From Solibacteraceae bacterium (lineage in GTDB: Bacteria > Acidobacteriota > Terriglobia > Bryobacterales > Bryobacteraceae), in assembly GCA_037440765.1 (NCBI GenBank), contig JBBITL010000018.1, forward strand, positions 3,295-67,294: a stretch of DNA of 64,000 nucleotides, written 5' to 3'. Each line of letters starts with the position of its first letter. Within the stretch, counting starts at the first letter, position 1. A model generated the notes under the pieces. It did not search any database. It was given only the letters and a program-made list of their open reading frames with translations, and had not been told where the DNA came from. Shown one piece after another: positions 37,808-46,834 of the stretch. A program made the position numbers and the translations under genes.

Positions 37808-40189
37808 ATGACCCGCCCAAGCCGTCGGACAGTGCTGGGGGCCGTGGCGGGGGCTGCCGTGTGCCGCGGCGCGCTCGGCGCGCAGAACGCCCCGCTCAAC
37901 GTCAGGGCCGGAGTGGACCGGGTGGTGGTGCTGCCCGGCGTGACGTACCTCCGAGGCTGGGCGGGCTACGGCGATCCGCCCAGACCGGCGAGAGGGCCCG
38001 GCGCCCCGCCGCCGCCCCCTTCGCAACCCGCGCCTGCGCCTGCCACCACCTGGAGCAAGGAATCCGGCCCGGGAAGAGTCGCCTTCAAGAATCCGAAGAG
38101 TCCGGTCACCACCGCCTCGTTCTCATCCCCAGGGGAGTACGTGCTGCGGCTCACGGCGGAAGACGGGCGATCGAAGGCTTCCTCCACGCTGAGCGTCAGG
38201 GTTGAGACTCCGCCGCCCGCCAGGCCGCTGGAACCGGTCCACACCAGGAACTACCGGGTCAGCAGCCCGCTGTGGAGCGCCCGGGTCAAGGCGCTGGTGG
38301 TGAACTGGATCCCGCACTGCATCGACCAGATCAACCGGACGGATCTGACGCTGGGTCCGGGCGGAATCGACAACTTCGTCGAGGCAGGCAAGGCGCTGCG
38401 CGGCGAGCCGCACGGAAGCCACAAGGGATTCGTGTTCTCCAATGCCTGGGTCCACCAGACGGTGGAGGCCATGAGCATCGCGCTGATGATCGACGCCCAG
38501 GGCGACGGGGAGATCCTCAGGGCGCACCAGAAGATGCGGGCGACCCTGGACGACTGGATCCCCAAGATCCTGGCGGCACAGGAGCCGGACGGGTATCTGC
38601 AAACCGCCTTCACGATTCCCTCCAGGGTGGGAGGGCGAGGCAACATCACGCCAGGCCCCTTCCCGCGCTGGCAACGCCGCGGCGACCACGAGGGGTACGT
38701 GGCCGGCTACTTTCTGGAAGCCGCCATCAACCACTACCTCATGACCGGCGGGAAGGACACAAGGCTGTATGATGCCGCCAGGAGACTGGCCGACTGCTGG
38801 CACAACAACCTGGGTCCGCCGCCCAAAAGAGCCTGGTACGACGGCCACCAGGGAATGGAACAGGCCCTGGTGCGGTTCGGCCGCTTCGTGAACGAGGTGG
38901 AGGGCGGCGCACAGGGACGCAAGTACATCGAACTGGCCAGGTTCCTTCTGGATTGCCGCTATCACGCCGCGGCCGGCGACAGGGAGAGACAGGAGTACGA
39001 CCAGGGCCATCTGCCCGTCATCGAGCAGTACGAAGCGGTCGGGCACGCCGTGCGCGCCGTGTACAGCTACACGGGCATGGCGGATATCGCCCTGGAGACC
39101 GGTGACGCCGGCTACCGGAGCGCCGTCAGGTCGCTGTGGGACAACATCGTCAACAGGAAGTACTACGTCACGGGCGGCGTGGGCAGCGGCGAAACCGCCG
39201 AGGGCTTCGGCCCGAACTACTCTTTGCGGAACCGCGCCTACTGCGAATCCTGCTCCAGTTGCGGCCTGATCTTCTTTCAATGGAAGCTCAACCTGGCGTA
39301 CCACGACGCCAGGCATGCTGATCTCTACGAAGAAACACTGTACAACGCGCTGCTGGGATCGGTCGACCTGGAGGGCAGGAACTTCTACTACACCAACGCG
39401 CTGGAGGAGAACACTCCACGCGCGCCCTGGCACAACTGCCCCTGCTGCGTGGGTAACATCGCCAGGACCCTGCTGATGCTGCCGACCTGGATGTACGTCA
39501 CGGGCGACGGCGGCGTTTGGGTGAACCTGTTCATCGGAAGCACCGTCACGCTGGAGAACGTGGGCGGAACGGATGTCGAGATGATCCAGCAGACCGACTA
39601 CCCGTGGAGCGGGAAGGTCTCCATCATCGTCAACCCCAAGATCCGGCGGCGCTTCAGCGTGAGAGTGCGCGTGCCGGACCGCGGCGTGAGCAGCCTGTAC
39701 AGGAGCCTGCCGGATGCCAACGGTGTCGCCTCAATCGCCGTCAACGGGGCGGCGGTGAAGCCCCCCATGGACAAGGGCTATGCCGTGATTACCCGCTCCT
39801 GGAGCGCGGGAGACAGAATCGAACTGGTTCTCCCGATGCGGGTGCAGCGCGTGAGGGCCAGCGACCGGATCGAGGCGAACCGGAACAGGGTGGCTCTGAG
39901 GTACGGTCCGCTGGTCTACAACATCGAGCAGGTCGATCAGGACATCGCCAAGGTGCTCAGCCCGGATTCCGTTTTGACCCCCGAGTGGAGAGGCGATCTT
40001 CTCGGCGGGGTGACGGTCATCAAGGGCGCCTTCACAGACGGCAGTCCAATGACGGCGATCCCCAACTACGCCCGCATGAATCGCGGACTCGCTTCCCTTA
40101 CCGCCGCGGCTCCCGAGACCGGGGCTGACGGAGCGGTTCGTCCCGCCCCCGGTCCTCCGGTTTCGATCGTCTGGATCCGGGAGCGGTGA
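37808..40189 (+). CDS. Glycoside hydrolase family 127-like (beta-L-arabinofuranosidase, DUF1680) with Tat signal and N-terminal extension
   Basis: 793 aa. Tat motif SRRTVLGAVAG. HLPVIEQYEAVGHAVRAVY, AYCESCSSCG and NCPCCVGN (Glu/Cys zinc-site pattern of GH127). Confidence 0.75.
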   Translation: MTRPSRRTVLGAVAGAAVCRGALGAQNAPLNVRAGVDRVVVLPGVTYLRGWAGYGDPPRPARGPGAPPPPPSQPAPAPATTWSKESGPGRVAFKNPKSPVTTASFSSPGEYVLRLTAEDGRSKASSTLSVRVETPPPARPLEPVHTRNYRVSSPLWSARVKALVVNWIPHCIDQINRTDLTLGPGGIDNFVEAGKALRGEPHGSHKGFVFSNAWVHQTVEAMSIALMIDAQGDGEILRAHQKMRATLDDWIPKILAAQEPDGYLQTAFTIPSRVGGRGNITPGPFPRWQRRGDHEGYVAGYFLEAAINHYLMTGGKDTRLYDAARRLADCWHNNLGPPPKRAWYDGHQGMEQALVRFGRFVNEVEGGAQGRKYIELARFLLDCRYHAAAGDRERQEYDQGHLPVIEQYEAVGHAVRAVYSYTGMADIALETGDAGYRSAVRSLWDNIVNRKYYVTGGVGSGETAEGFGPNYSLRNRAYCESCSSCGLIFFQWKLNLAYHDARHADLYEETLYNALLGSVDLEGRNFYYTNALEENTPRAPWHNCPCCVGNIARTLLMLPTWMYVTGDGGVWVNLFIGSTVTLENVGGTDVEMIQQTDYPWSGKVSIIVNPKIRRRFSVRVRVPDRGVSSLYRSLPDANGVASIAVNGAAVKPPMDKGYAVITRSWSAGDRIELVLPMRVQRVRASDRIEANRNRVALRYGPLVYNIEQVDQDIAKVLSPDSVLTPEWRGDLLGGVTVIKGAFTDGSPMTAIPNYARMNRGLASLTAAAPETGADGAVRPAPGPPVSIVWIRER

Positions 40190-40211
40190 TGCGTCCACTG
40201 CAGCTGTAGTC

Positions 40212-40241
40212 TTCACGGTCACAGCACCGGCAGGTTAATAT
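40212..40241 (+). promoter_or_regulatory. Candidate promoter TTCACG-18-TAATAT upstream of the 353-aa gene
   Basis: Hexamers read directly in the 145-nt gap after GH127. Confidence 0.25.
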
Positions 40242-40334
40242 CTCCATTTCCACCAAGGGCTCCCGGCGCGGGCGCGGGCGGCGTGCCGGGGTCCCGCTGC
40301 TACGCTCGGGGGCGCCACCAACAGGCGCCCGTCG

Positions 40335-41396
40335 ATGAACGAATCCATACGTATTCACATCCAGTGCGGCGGGGCCGCGCTCCGGCTGGACAGCCTCTCC
40401 AGTCAGGGAATCGTCGTGGGCGGCGAGTCTTCCGCGGCGCCGCGCGGGCTGACTATCAGCCTTCAGCCCGCGGATCACGTCACCGAACTCCGCCTCCGCC
40501 GCGTGCGCGTTATCCAGGGTTGGGCGCCGGGCGTGTTCCGCTTCACGGCGGCTCTCAACAACGGCGCCATCGTCTGCCGGGGCGTCGACGCGTTTTCGCT
40601 GCCCTTCGGCCGGCACCTGCTCCGTGTCATGATCTCCGGCCTGCGGCCGCCAGGGCAGCCCATCAATGTCGAGGTTCCGGAAAGCGGCGTCGCGGACGTG
40701 GTGGCGGGCTTCAGGGCGGACTCCCGCCGGTTGGAGCTGGTCACTCCTGTGGAGGAGTTCGACGATCGCATCAAGGCGGTAGTGCTCGACGCCGGATCGA
40801 GTCTGGACGGAGAGACCATTCCCCGGTGGCTGGACGGTCCGGCGCGGCCGCGGCGCAAGGCCTGCCTGTTGAACATCCTGGCCAAGGCGCGAGCCGCCGG
40901 AGGTCCGGCGCCGGGCAGCAGCCTGATCGAGGGGATCCGCGGCGTGTTCTTCGCCGACGAGGATCGCATCTACGCTGCCTGCGACGCGAGCTTCCCGTCG
41001 AATCTCCGCGCCCTGGCGGCCGATGCCGCCAGACCCGTCTATTACGAGGGCGCGCCCGTGGCGGCGGCGCACAGGCGGCTCCTGGATGCGATAAGGTCAC
41101 TTCAGGAAGGCCGTGAAAGCGATGCGGCGGGATACCGGCTGCGGAGCTTTCGCCTGGAGGGCGCGCCGAGCCTCCAGGCGGTGGTGGCCATCCCGCCCGG
41201 CGGAGATCCCGGCCGCCCGCACTACGCTGGACTCGACCTGGACCTGGGCAACCCGCTCCAGGACCTGGTGGGCATGCTGGTGCACTTCGGCGAGGTGTTA
41301 CACCCGGGCCAGACCGATCACCTGAAGCTGGCCGGCAGACTCGCCCGGGGCGCTACCAGGGACTTCCACTACTACCGCGTCGTCGAGTCGAAGTGA
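40335..41396 (+). CDS. Hypothetical protein, 353 aa, no recognisable domain
   Basis: Long ORF with non-repetitive composition. No TM segment or signal peptide. 37 nt upstream of a histidine kinase gene on the same strand. Confidence 0.5.
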   Translation: MNESIRIHIQCGGAALRLDSLSSQGIVVGGESSAAPRGLTISLQPADHVTELRLRRVRVIQGWAPGVFRFTAALNNGAIVCRGVDAFSLPFGRHLLRVMISGLRPPGQPINVEVPESGVADVVAGFRADSRRLELVTPVEEFDDRIKAVVLDAGSSLDGETIPRWLDGPARPRRKACLLNILAKARAAGGPAPGSSLIEGIRGVFFADEDRIYAACDASFPSNLRALAADAARPVYYEGAPVAAAHRRLLDAIRSLQEGRESDAAGYRLRSFRLEGAPSLQAVVAIPPGGDPGRPHYAGLDLDLGNPLQDLVGMLVHFGEVLHPGQTDHLKLAGRLARGATRDFHYYRVVESK

Positions 41397-41433
41397 TCCG
41401 CTCCCGATCGTGAGATGATGGCGGAGGTAGTAT

Positions 41434-43230
41434 ATGAACTCACCCGAGAGTGGGGACCGGACTGAGCGGATCGAGATATCCGGAATCCAACTAGCCTGGG
41501 ACCTCCAGCGCGGCGTCTGCACGTTCAATGGAATGCCTGTGGCCATGATGTGGCTGGACAGCACGCTGCGCGCCGCCGTCCAGGCCCTGCAGGCCATGGT
41601 AGGGACTCCGCGTCTTCTGCTGGCGCTCCAGGGCGAAGGCCGCCTGAGCGTGGACGACAGCTGGAAAGTGATTTCTCAGTACCCCGATTTCCGCCAGGGC
41701 TTCATGGCCGTCGCCAACCTAGCGGCTGTGGCCGGGTGGGGGCGCTGGGAACTGGTCCGGTACGATCCCGGGAACCGTGAATGCCGGTTCCGCGCCACTG
41801 ATACATGGGAGGGGCTATCCCAGCGGTCGATGGGAGCGTGCTGGGGGAGCGCCCTGCTGGCGGGGATGCTCGCAGGTTACTGCTCGAAGCACTTCGGAGT
41901 CAAATGCTGGGCGGACCAGACCGCCTTCATCGCTGACGGCGCCGAGTACGACGAGTTCCTGGTGCGGCCGTCTTCGCCGGAGATCGAGACGGAACTGGAG
42001 AACGTGATGGCGGCCCATGACGCCGCTCACGCGGACATGGCCGTGGCGCTCGCCCGTCTTCGCAAGGAGTTCGCCGAGCGCCAGAGGACGGAGGAAGCGC
42101 TGCGCCAGGCTAATCAGCAGCTTCAACTGCTGGCGGCCAACCTGCACGAGGCTGTGCTGGCCTACGACATGGACCGGCGGCTCGTTTTCGCGAATTCCGC
42201 GGTCGAGAAACTCACCGGCTACTCCATCGAGGACCTGCGCCGGGAGCACTTCATCTGTTGGATCAGCCCGGTGGACCAGGAACGGATGCTGGCCTACTGG
42301 GACAAGCTGTTTCAGGGCGAGTCCTACGCCGAGGTCGAGTACAGGCTCGTCACGCGCCAGGGGGAGAAGAAGTGGGTCGCCGCCTCCTGGGGTCCGCTGC
42401 TGGATGGGTCGGGGCGGCAGGTCGGCGTGCAGGGCAGCGAGCGCGACATCACCGACCGCAAGCGTGTGGAAGCCGAACGGGCCCGGCTTTTGGAGCGGCT
42501 GCGGCAGAGCCAGAAGCTGGAAAGCCTGGGCAGGCTCGCCGGGGGCGTCGCCCACGATTTCAATAACTGGCTGACGGTAATCAACGGGTTCAGCCGGATG
42601 CTGCTGGACCAGGTCGGCCAGAACGATCCGCTCAGGGACAAGCTCGAGCAGATACACACGTCGGGCGAGAGGGCGGCGGAACTGACCCGCCAACTCCTCG
42701 CATTCAGCAGCAGACAGGTAGTCGAGCCGAAGCCCGTGAGCCTCAACCGGCTGATCGACGAGTCTCGGGGTATGCTCGGGCAGCTTGCCGGGGGGGCGAT
42801 AGAGATTGGCGCCGAGTTGAGCGCGGCGCCGGATGAGGTAATGGCGGACCCGGGACGACTGCATCAGGTCCTGATGAATCTTGTGGCCAACGCCAGGGAC
42901 GCGATGCCCGCCGGAGGGAGGCTGGAGATCTCCACGGCGACGGCCGAACTCGACGCGGAGGCCGCCTCCGTCGCCCGGGTCTCCCCCGGTCCATTCGTCG
43001 TGCTCACGGTCTCCGACTCTGGAGCCGGAATGAGCGAAGAGGTTCGGGCCAGGATCTTCGAGCCGTTCTTCACCACCAAGGGCCAGGGGAAAGGCACCGG
43101 ACTGGGCCTTGCCACCGTCTACGGGATTGTCCGGCAGGCCGGGGGCTGGGTGGAAGTCAGGAGCGCGCCAGGAGCCGGCACGACTTTCAGAATCGGGCTC
43201 CCGCCGAGGGTGGCGCCGGGACCTTGCTGA
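41434..43230 (+). CDS. Soluble sensor histidine kinase: V4R/XylR-N-like domain, coiled coil, PAS, HisKA, HATPase
   Basis: 598 aa. N-terminal ~180 aa has [10 protein letters not shown]......[20 protein letters not shown] (V4R-like). PAS region, [22 protein letters not shown]. No receiver domain and no TM segment. Confidence 0.75.
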   Translation: MNSPESGDRTERIEISGIQLAWDLQRGVCTFNGMPVAMMWLDSTLRAAVQALQAMVGTPRLLLALQGEGRLSVDDSWKVISQYPDFRQGFMAVANLAAVAGWGRWELVRYDPGNRECRFRATDTWEGLSQRSMGACWGSALLAGMLAGYCSKHFGVKCWADQTAFIADGAEYDEFLVRPSSPEIETELENVMAAHDAAHADMAVALARLRKEFAERQRTEEALRQANQQLQLLAANLHEAVLAYDMDRRLVFANSAVEKLTGYSIEDLRREHFICWISPVDQERMLAYWDKLFQGESYAEVEYRLVTRQGEKKWVAASWGPLLDGSGRQVGVQGSERDITDRKRVEAERARLLERLRQSQKLESLGRLAGGVAHDFNNWLTVINGFSRMLLDQVGQNDPLRDKLEQIHTSGERAAELTRQLLAFSSRQVVEPKPVSLNRLIDESRGMLGQLAGGAIEIGAELSAAPDEVMADPGRLHQVLMNLVANARDAMPAGGRLEISTATAELDAEAASVARVSPGPFVVLTVSDSGAGMSEEVRARIFEPFFTTKGQGKGTGLGLATVYGIVRQAGGWVEVRSAPGAGTTFRIGLPPRVAPGPC

Positions 43231-43268
43231 GGGGCTTGCGGACGGCGGCGCGCTTCGCAGCGAACTGC

Positions 43269-44717
43269 TTATCCGGCGCCATCCGGATGCCTGAGCGTGT
43301 CCAGCACCAGCACCTTGGTGCTGCACGGGACGCCTATGGGGTGCGCCGCCACGACAACCACGCGGTCCCCATCGGCGGCCATCCCGGCCATCCGGCACTC
43401 GGCGAGGCACAACGTCACGGCTTCGGTCAGGTTGGCTGGCTCCGGCGTCCGGCGGGACACCACACCGTAATAGAGAGCGCAACGGCGAACCGTTACCGGG
43501 TCGTGCGAGAGGGCCAGGACCGGGCTGTTGAGCCGGCTCTTGGACAGCATGCGGGCGCCGAAGCCGGACGCCGTGTACACAATCACGGCCTTGATGTCCT
43601 GCATCTCCTCCATGCGCCGGACCGAGGCGGCCAGTGCGGCCGCCGGCGCCGGGTCGGCTGCGGGCGGCTGCGCCGAGCCCCCGTACTCGTGCATGTACTC
43701 CTCCGAGGCCCGGACGATGCGCACCATCGCCGCCACGGCCTCCACGGGGTGACGGCCGACGGCGGACTCCCCGGATAGCATCACCGCGTCGGCCCGGTCG
43801 AAGACGGCGTTGGCGACGTCGGAGACCTCGGCCCGCGTCGGGCGGGGGCTCTGGATCATGCTCTCGAGCATCTCGGTGGCGATGATGCAGCACTTGCCCG
43901 CCGCCTCGCACTTCCGTGCGATCAGCTTCTGCGCCAGGGGGACCCTGGCGTAGTCCAGCTCAACGCCCAGATCCCCGCGCGCCACCATGGCGGCGTCGGA
44001 GGCGTCGATGATGGCGTCGATGGCGTCGAGCGCTTCGGGCTTCTCGATCTTGCTGATGATGTGGGCGCTCGATCCGCGTTCGGCCAGCAGGGCCCGCAGT
44101 CCGGCAACGTCGGCCGCTGAGCGCACGAAGGAGAGGGCCACGTAGTCGAAGCTCCGCCGGGCAATCCAGTCGATGTCCTGCCGGTCCTTCTCGGTGAGCG
44201 CGGGGATCGACAGCGCGGTCTGGGGCAGATTGACTCCGGCCCCGCTTGCCAGCCGCCCGCCCACCAGCACCCGGCAGGTGAAGCTCTCCGGCGCCCGGCT
44301 GCTGAGGACTTCTAGGACCAGGCGGCCGTCGCCTATCAGGATCCGCTGCCCCGGGCGCGCGGAATCCACCAGTTCGGGCAGCGTCGTGGAGATTTGCCCG
44401 GCGTCGCCATCGGCGGGCTGCCGCAGGATGCTGATCTCCCGGTCCGGCTCCAGGTCTACGCTCCCGCCGCGGATCAGGCCTACGCGGATTTTCGGGCCGC
44501 AAAGGTCCGCGCACACCGCGACCGGCCTGCCAGCCTTCCGCTCCTCTTCTCTGACCTCGTCGAGGTAGGCGTCCCACTGCCGCCGGTCGCCGTGAGAGAG
44601 GTTGATGCGGAACACGTCCACGCCCGCCGCCAGTAGTCCGGCGACGCAAGGCGCGCTGGCCGGGCCCAGCGTGGCGATGATCTTGGTGCTCTTGCGCAAG
44701 CGCCTCTCCCCGATCAT
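43269..44717 (-). CDS. pyk: Pyruvate kinase
   Basis: 482 aa. KIIATLGPAS, RINLSHG, MVARGDLGVE, ATEMLESM. Confidence 0.9.
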   Translation of the reverse strand: MIGERRLRKSTKIIATLGPASAPCVAGLLAAGVDVFRINLSHGDRRQWDAYLDEVREEERKAGRPVAVCADLCGPKIRVGLIRGGSVDLEPDREISILRQPADGDAGQISTTLPELVDSARPGQRILIGDGRLVLEVLSSRAPESFTCRVLVGGRLASGAGVNLPQTALSIPALTEKDRQDIDWIARRSFDYVALSFVRSAADVAGLRALLAERGSSAHIISKIEKPEALDAIDAIIDASDAAMVARGDLGVELDYARVPLAQKLIARKCEAAGKCCIIATEMLESMIQSPRPTRAEVSDVANAVFDRADAVMLSGESAVGRHPVEAVAAMVRIVRASEEYMHEYGGSAQPPAADPAPAAALAASVRRMEEMQDIKAVIVYTASGFGARMLSKSRLNSPVLALSHDPVTVRRCALYYGVVSRRTPEPANLTEAVTLCLAECRMAGMAADGDRVVVVAAHPIGVPCSTKVLVLDTLRHPDGAG

Positions 44718-44792
44718 GATACCGCGGCAGATGCGGCGCAGAGCCGCGCGGCAGCCCGCCCGTGAGGAGCTGGGCGGGGGCGGAGACGGACG

Positions 44793-45560
44793 CTACTTTT
44801 TCGCCGGCGGCGCCGAACGAGTCCGGCGCAAGGAGATCTCAGCCGCGATCACTGAGTGCATGGCGGCCAGCCGCACGGCCTTGGGCGTGTCCGGCCGGCT
44901 CAGGATGTCGTAGAGCGCCATGGCCCTGGCCCGCTCCCCGGCGGCCAGCAGTCCCTCGGCGCAGTTCAGGCAGGCGTCGGCGACCGCAGGCCTCAATTCG
45001 CCTTTGGCCCTGGCCAGCGCATCCTGAAGCGGCTTGGCCGCCGCGGTGCTCCCGATCCGGCCCAGCGCCGCGGCGGCGGCCTTGGCCACCGCCGCGTCCG
45101 CCCCCGACATCAGCTTCGCGAGTTGGTCGACCGCCTTGGCGTCCTTGCGTTCCCCGATCGAGTTGATCACGCCCACCAGTGTCTTGCCCTTCGTCTTGAC
45201 GAGCGCGCCGCGCAGAGCCTCGTCCGCCGAGGCGTCCGGCATAGGCTCCAGCGCGAAGCGGGCGTAGTGCGAGAATTGCTCGTTGGCGAGCAATGCGGCC
45301 AGGGCCGGGACCGCTTCCCTGGAGCCCACCTGCGCCAGCTTCTTGCAGGCGACACTGATCTGGAAAGGGGTTGACTTCGGGTCCTTCAGGATCTGAACGA
45401 GTCGCGCCTCTGATAGTGGGAAAACCTTGTCCGCGTCAAGCTCCGGCGGGATTGGAGGCCGTTGCATGCCGCCAAACCCGCCGCCGCGTCCTCCACGGCC
45501 GGGTTCCGGGGGCGCGCCAGGCGGCTGTACGGGGGGCTTCATCTGTCCGGGTTCTTGCAT
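44793..45560 (-). CDS. HEAT-repeat protein with Gly/Pro/Arg-rich N-terminus (paralog of 62365..63195)
   Basis: Trimmed to MQEPGQMKPP.. (255 aa). PGRGGRGGGFGG, then HEAT/PBS-lyase-like helices (REAVPALAALL, DAKAVDQLAKLM). 20 nt after the oxidoreductase stop. Confidence 0.7.
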   Translation of the reverse strand: MQEPGQMKPPVQPPGAPPEPGRGGRGGGFGGMQRPPIPPELDADKVFPLSEARLVQILKDPKSTPFQISVACKKLAQVGSREAVPALAALLANEQFSHYARFALEPMPDASADEALRGALVKTKGKTLVGVINSIGERKDAKAVDQLAKLMSGADAAVAKAAAAALGRIGSTAAAKPLQDALARAKGELRPAVADACLNCAEGLLAAGERARAMALYDILSRPDTPKAVRLAAMHSVIAAEISLRRTRSAPPAKK

Positions 45561-45580
45561 CGTCGTCGTCTCCTCTCCTC

Positions 45581-46834
45581 TTATATCCGCCACGGCTCCC
45601 GCATGGCGCGCGTGCGCATGCGGTTGGCCTCTGCGTCGCCCACGAACTCCTCGCTGGCCGGGTCCCACGCCAGCTTCCGCCCGAGCTGGGCGGAGATCTG
45701 CGCCGCGTGGCATGTGATGTGCGTGTTGCATGTGGCAACGTGATTGGCGCTGGTCATCGACCTGGATTTCACGCAGTCCAGGAACTCCTGAAGGTGGTAA
45801 GCCAGCGCGAGGTTCGCCGGCCGGAAGGGGTGCAGCTCGCCCTTCAGGTTGTCGGACACCTCCACCTTCCCGCTGTCGCCCGTCTCGACCCATCCGTCGG
45901 ACCCCTCGAACCGCACGCTGCATGAGCCCAGGCCCATCCACGGTCTGGTGCCATGGTCGCCTCCCTGGTTGCGGATGACGAGCCTGACGCCGCTGGCATA
46001 CTGGCACAGGACGTAGTGGGGCTCGGCGGGGCTGTCCTTGCAGTAAGGAACGTATTCGACGGCCTGGGTGTGGTCCGCCCTGGCGGCCCACTGGCACAGG
46101 TCCACGGTGCGGGTGCCCCACTCCAGGATCGCGCCGCCGTGGAAGTCGAAGTAGGTGGCCCAGGAGGCGCCCCCGCGCGTGTAGTTGGAGTTGTAGGGCC
46201 GCATCGGACAGGGCCCCAGCCAGCGGTCCCAGTCCAGGACCTGCCGGTCCGGTTCAGGCTCGGCGGGCAGCCAGCTATGGGTGGTGATGGCAGACTGGCC
46301 GGCGATGGTCTGGGCGTGCATGGTCTGCAACCTGCCCAGCTTGCCGCTGCGGGCCAGTTCCACTGCGAACATGAAGTTCTGGCCGTTGCGACGCTGGCAG
46401 CCTGCCTGGTAGATGCGGCCGTAGCGCGCGAAAGTGTCGCGCAGCGCCTGGTCCTGCGCGATGGTGGAGCCACAGGGCTTCTCGCAGTAGACATCCATTC
46501 CCGCCTTGGCGGCGTAGATCGAGAGCAGGGCGTGCCAGCGCTCCCCGGCCGCGATCAGCAGCGCGTCAATGTCGTCCCGGGCCAGCAGTTCCTCGTACTC
46601 GCGGTACATCCTGGCGTCCTGGTTGCCGTACCGCTTGTCGATCATGCTCTTGACCACCTCGCGGCGGTCGTTTCTGACGTCGCACACGGCCACCATCTGC
46701 ACCTCGGGATAGCTGAGCAGGGCCTGCATGTCGCCCCCGCCGCGCCCGCCAATGCCGAGGCCCGCCATCACGATCTTGTCGCTGGGCGCGACCGCTCCCA
46801 CCCGCTGGCCCAGCACGCGGCTGGGCACTATCAT
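45581..46834 (-). CDS. Gfo/Idh/MocA-family oxidoreductase; Tat leader truncated (paralog of 60928..62334)
   Basis: 417 aa. GLGIGGRG Rossmann motif, CEKP motif, DWDRWLGPC, GLGSCSVRFEGSDGWVETGDSG, WDPASEEFVGDAEANRMRTRAMREPWR. The in-frame upstream codons ..LRQFPLCSPAAAP resemble the h-region of the paralog's Tat signal. Confidence 0.8.
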   Translation of the reverse strand: MIVPSRVLGQRVGAVAPSDKIVMAGLGIGGRGGGDMQALLSYPEVQMVAVCDVRNDRREVVKSMIDKRYGNQDARMYREYEELLARDDIDALLIAAGERWHALLSIYAAKAGMDVYCEKPCGSTIAQDQALRDTFARYGRIYQAGCQRRNGQNFMFAVELARSGKLGRLQTMHAQTIAGQSAITTHSWLPAEPEPDRQVLDWDRWLGPCPMRPYNSNYTRGGASWATYFDFHGGAILEWGTRTVDLCQWAARADHTQAVEYVPYCKDSPAEPHYVLCQYASGVRLVIRNQGGDHGTRPWMGLGSCSVRFEGSDGWVETGDSGKVEVSDNLKGELHPFRPANLALAYHLQEFLDCVKSRSMTSANHVATCNTHITCHAAQISAQLGRKLAWDPASEEFVGDAEANRMRTRAMREPWRI

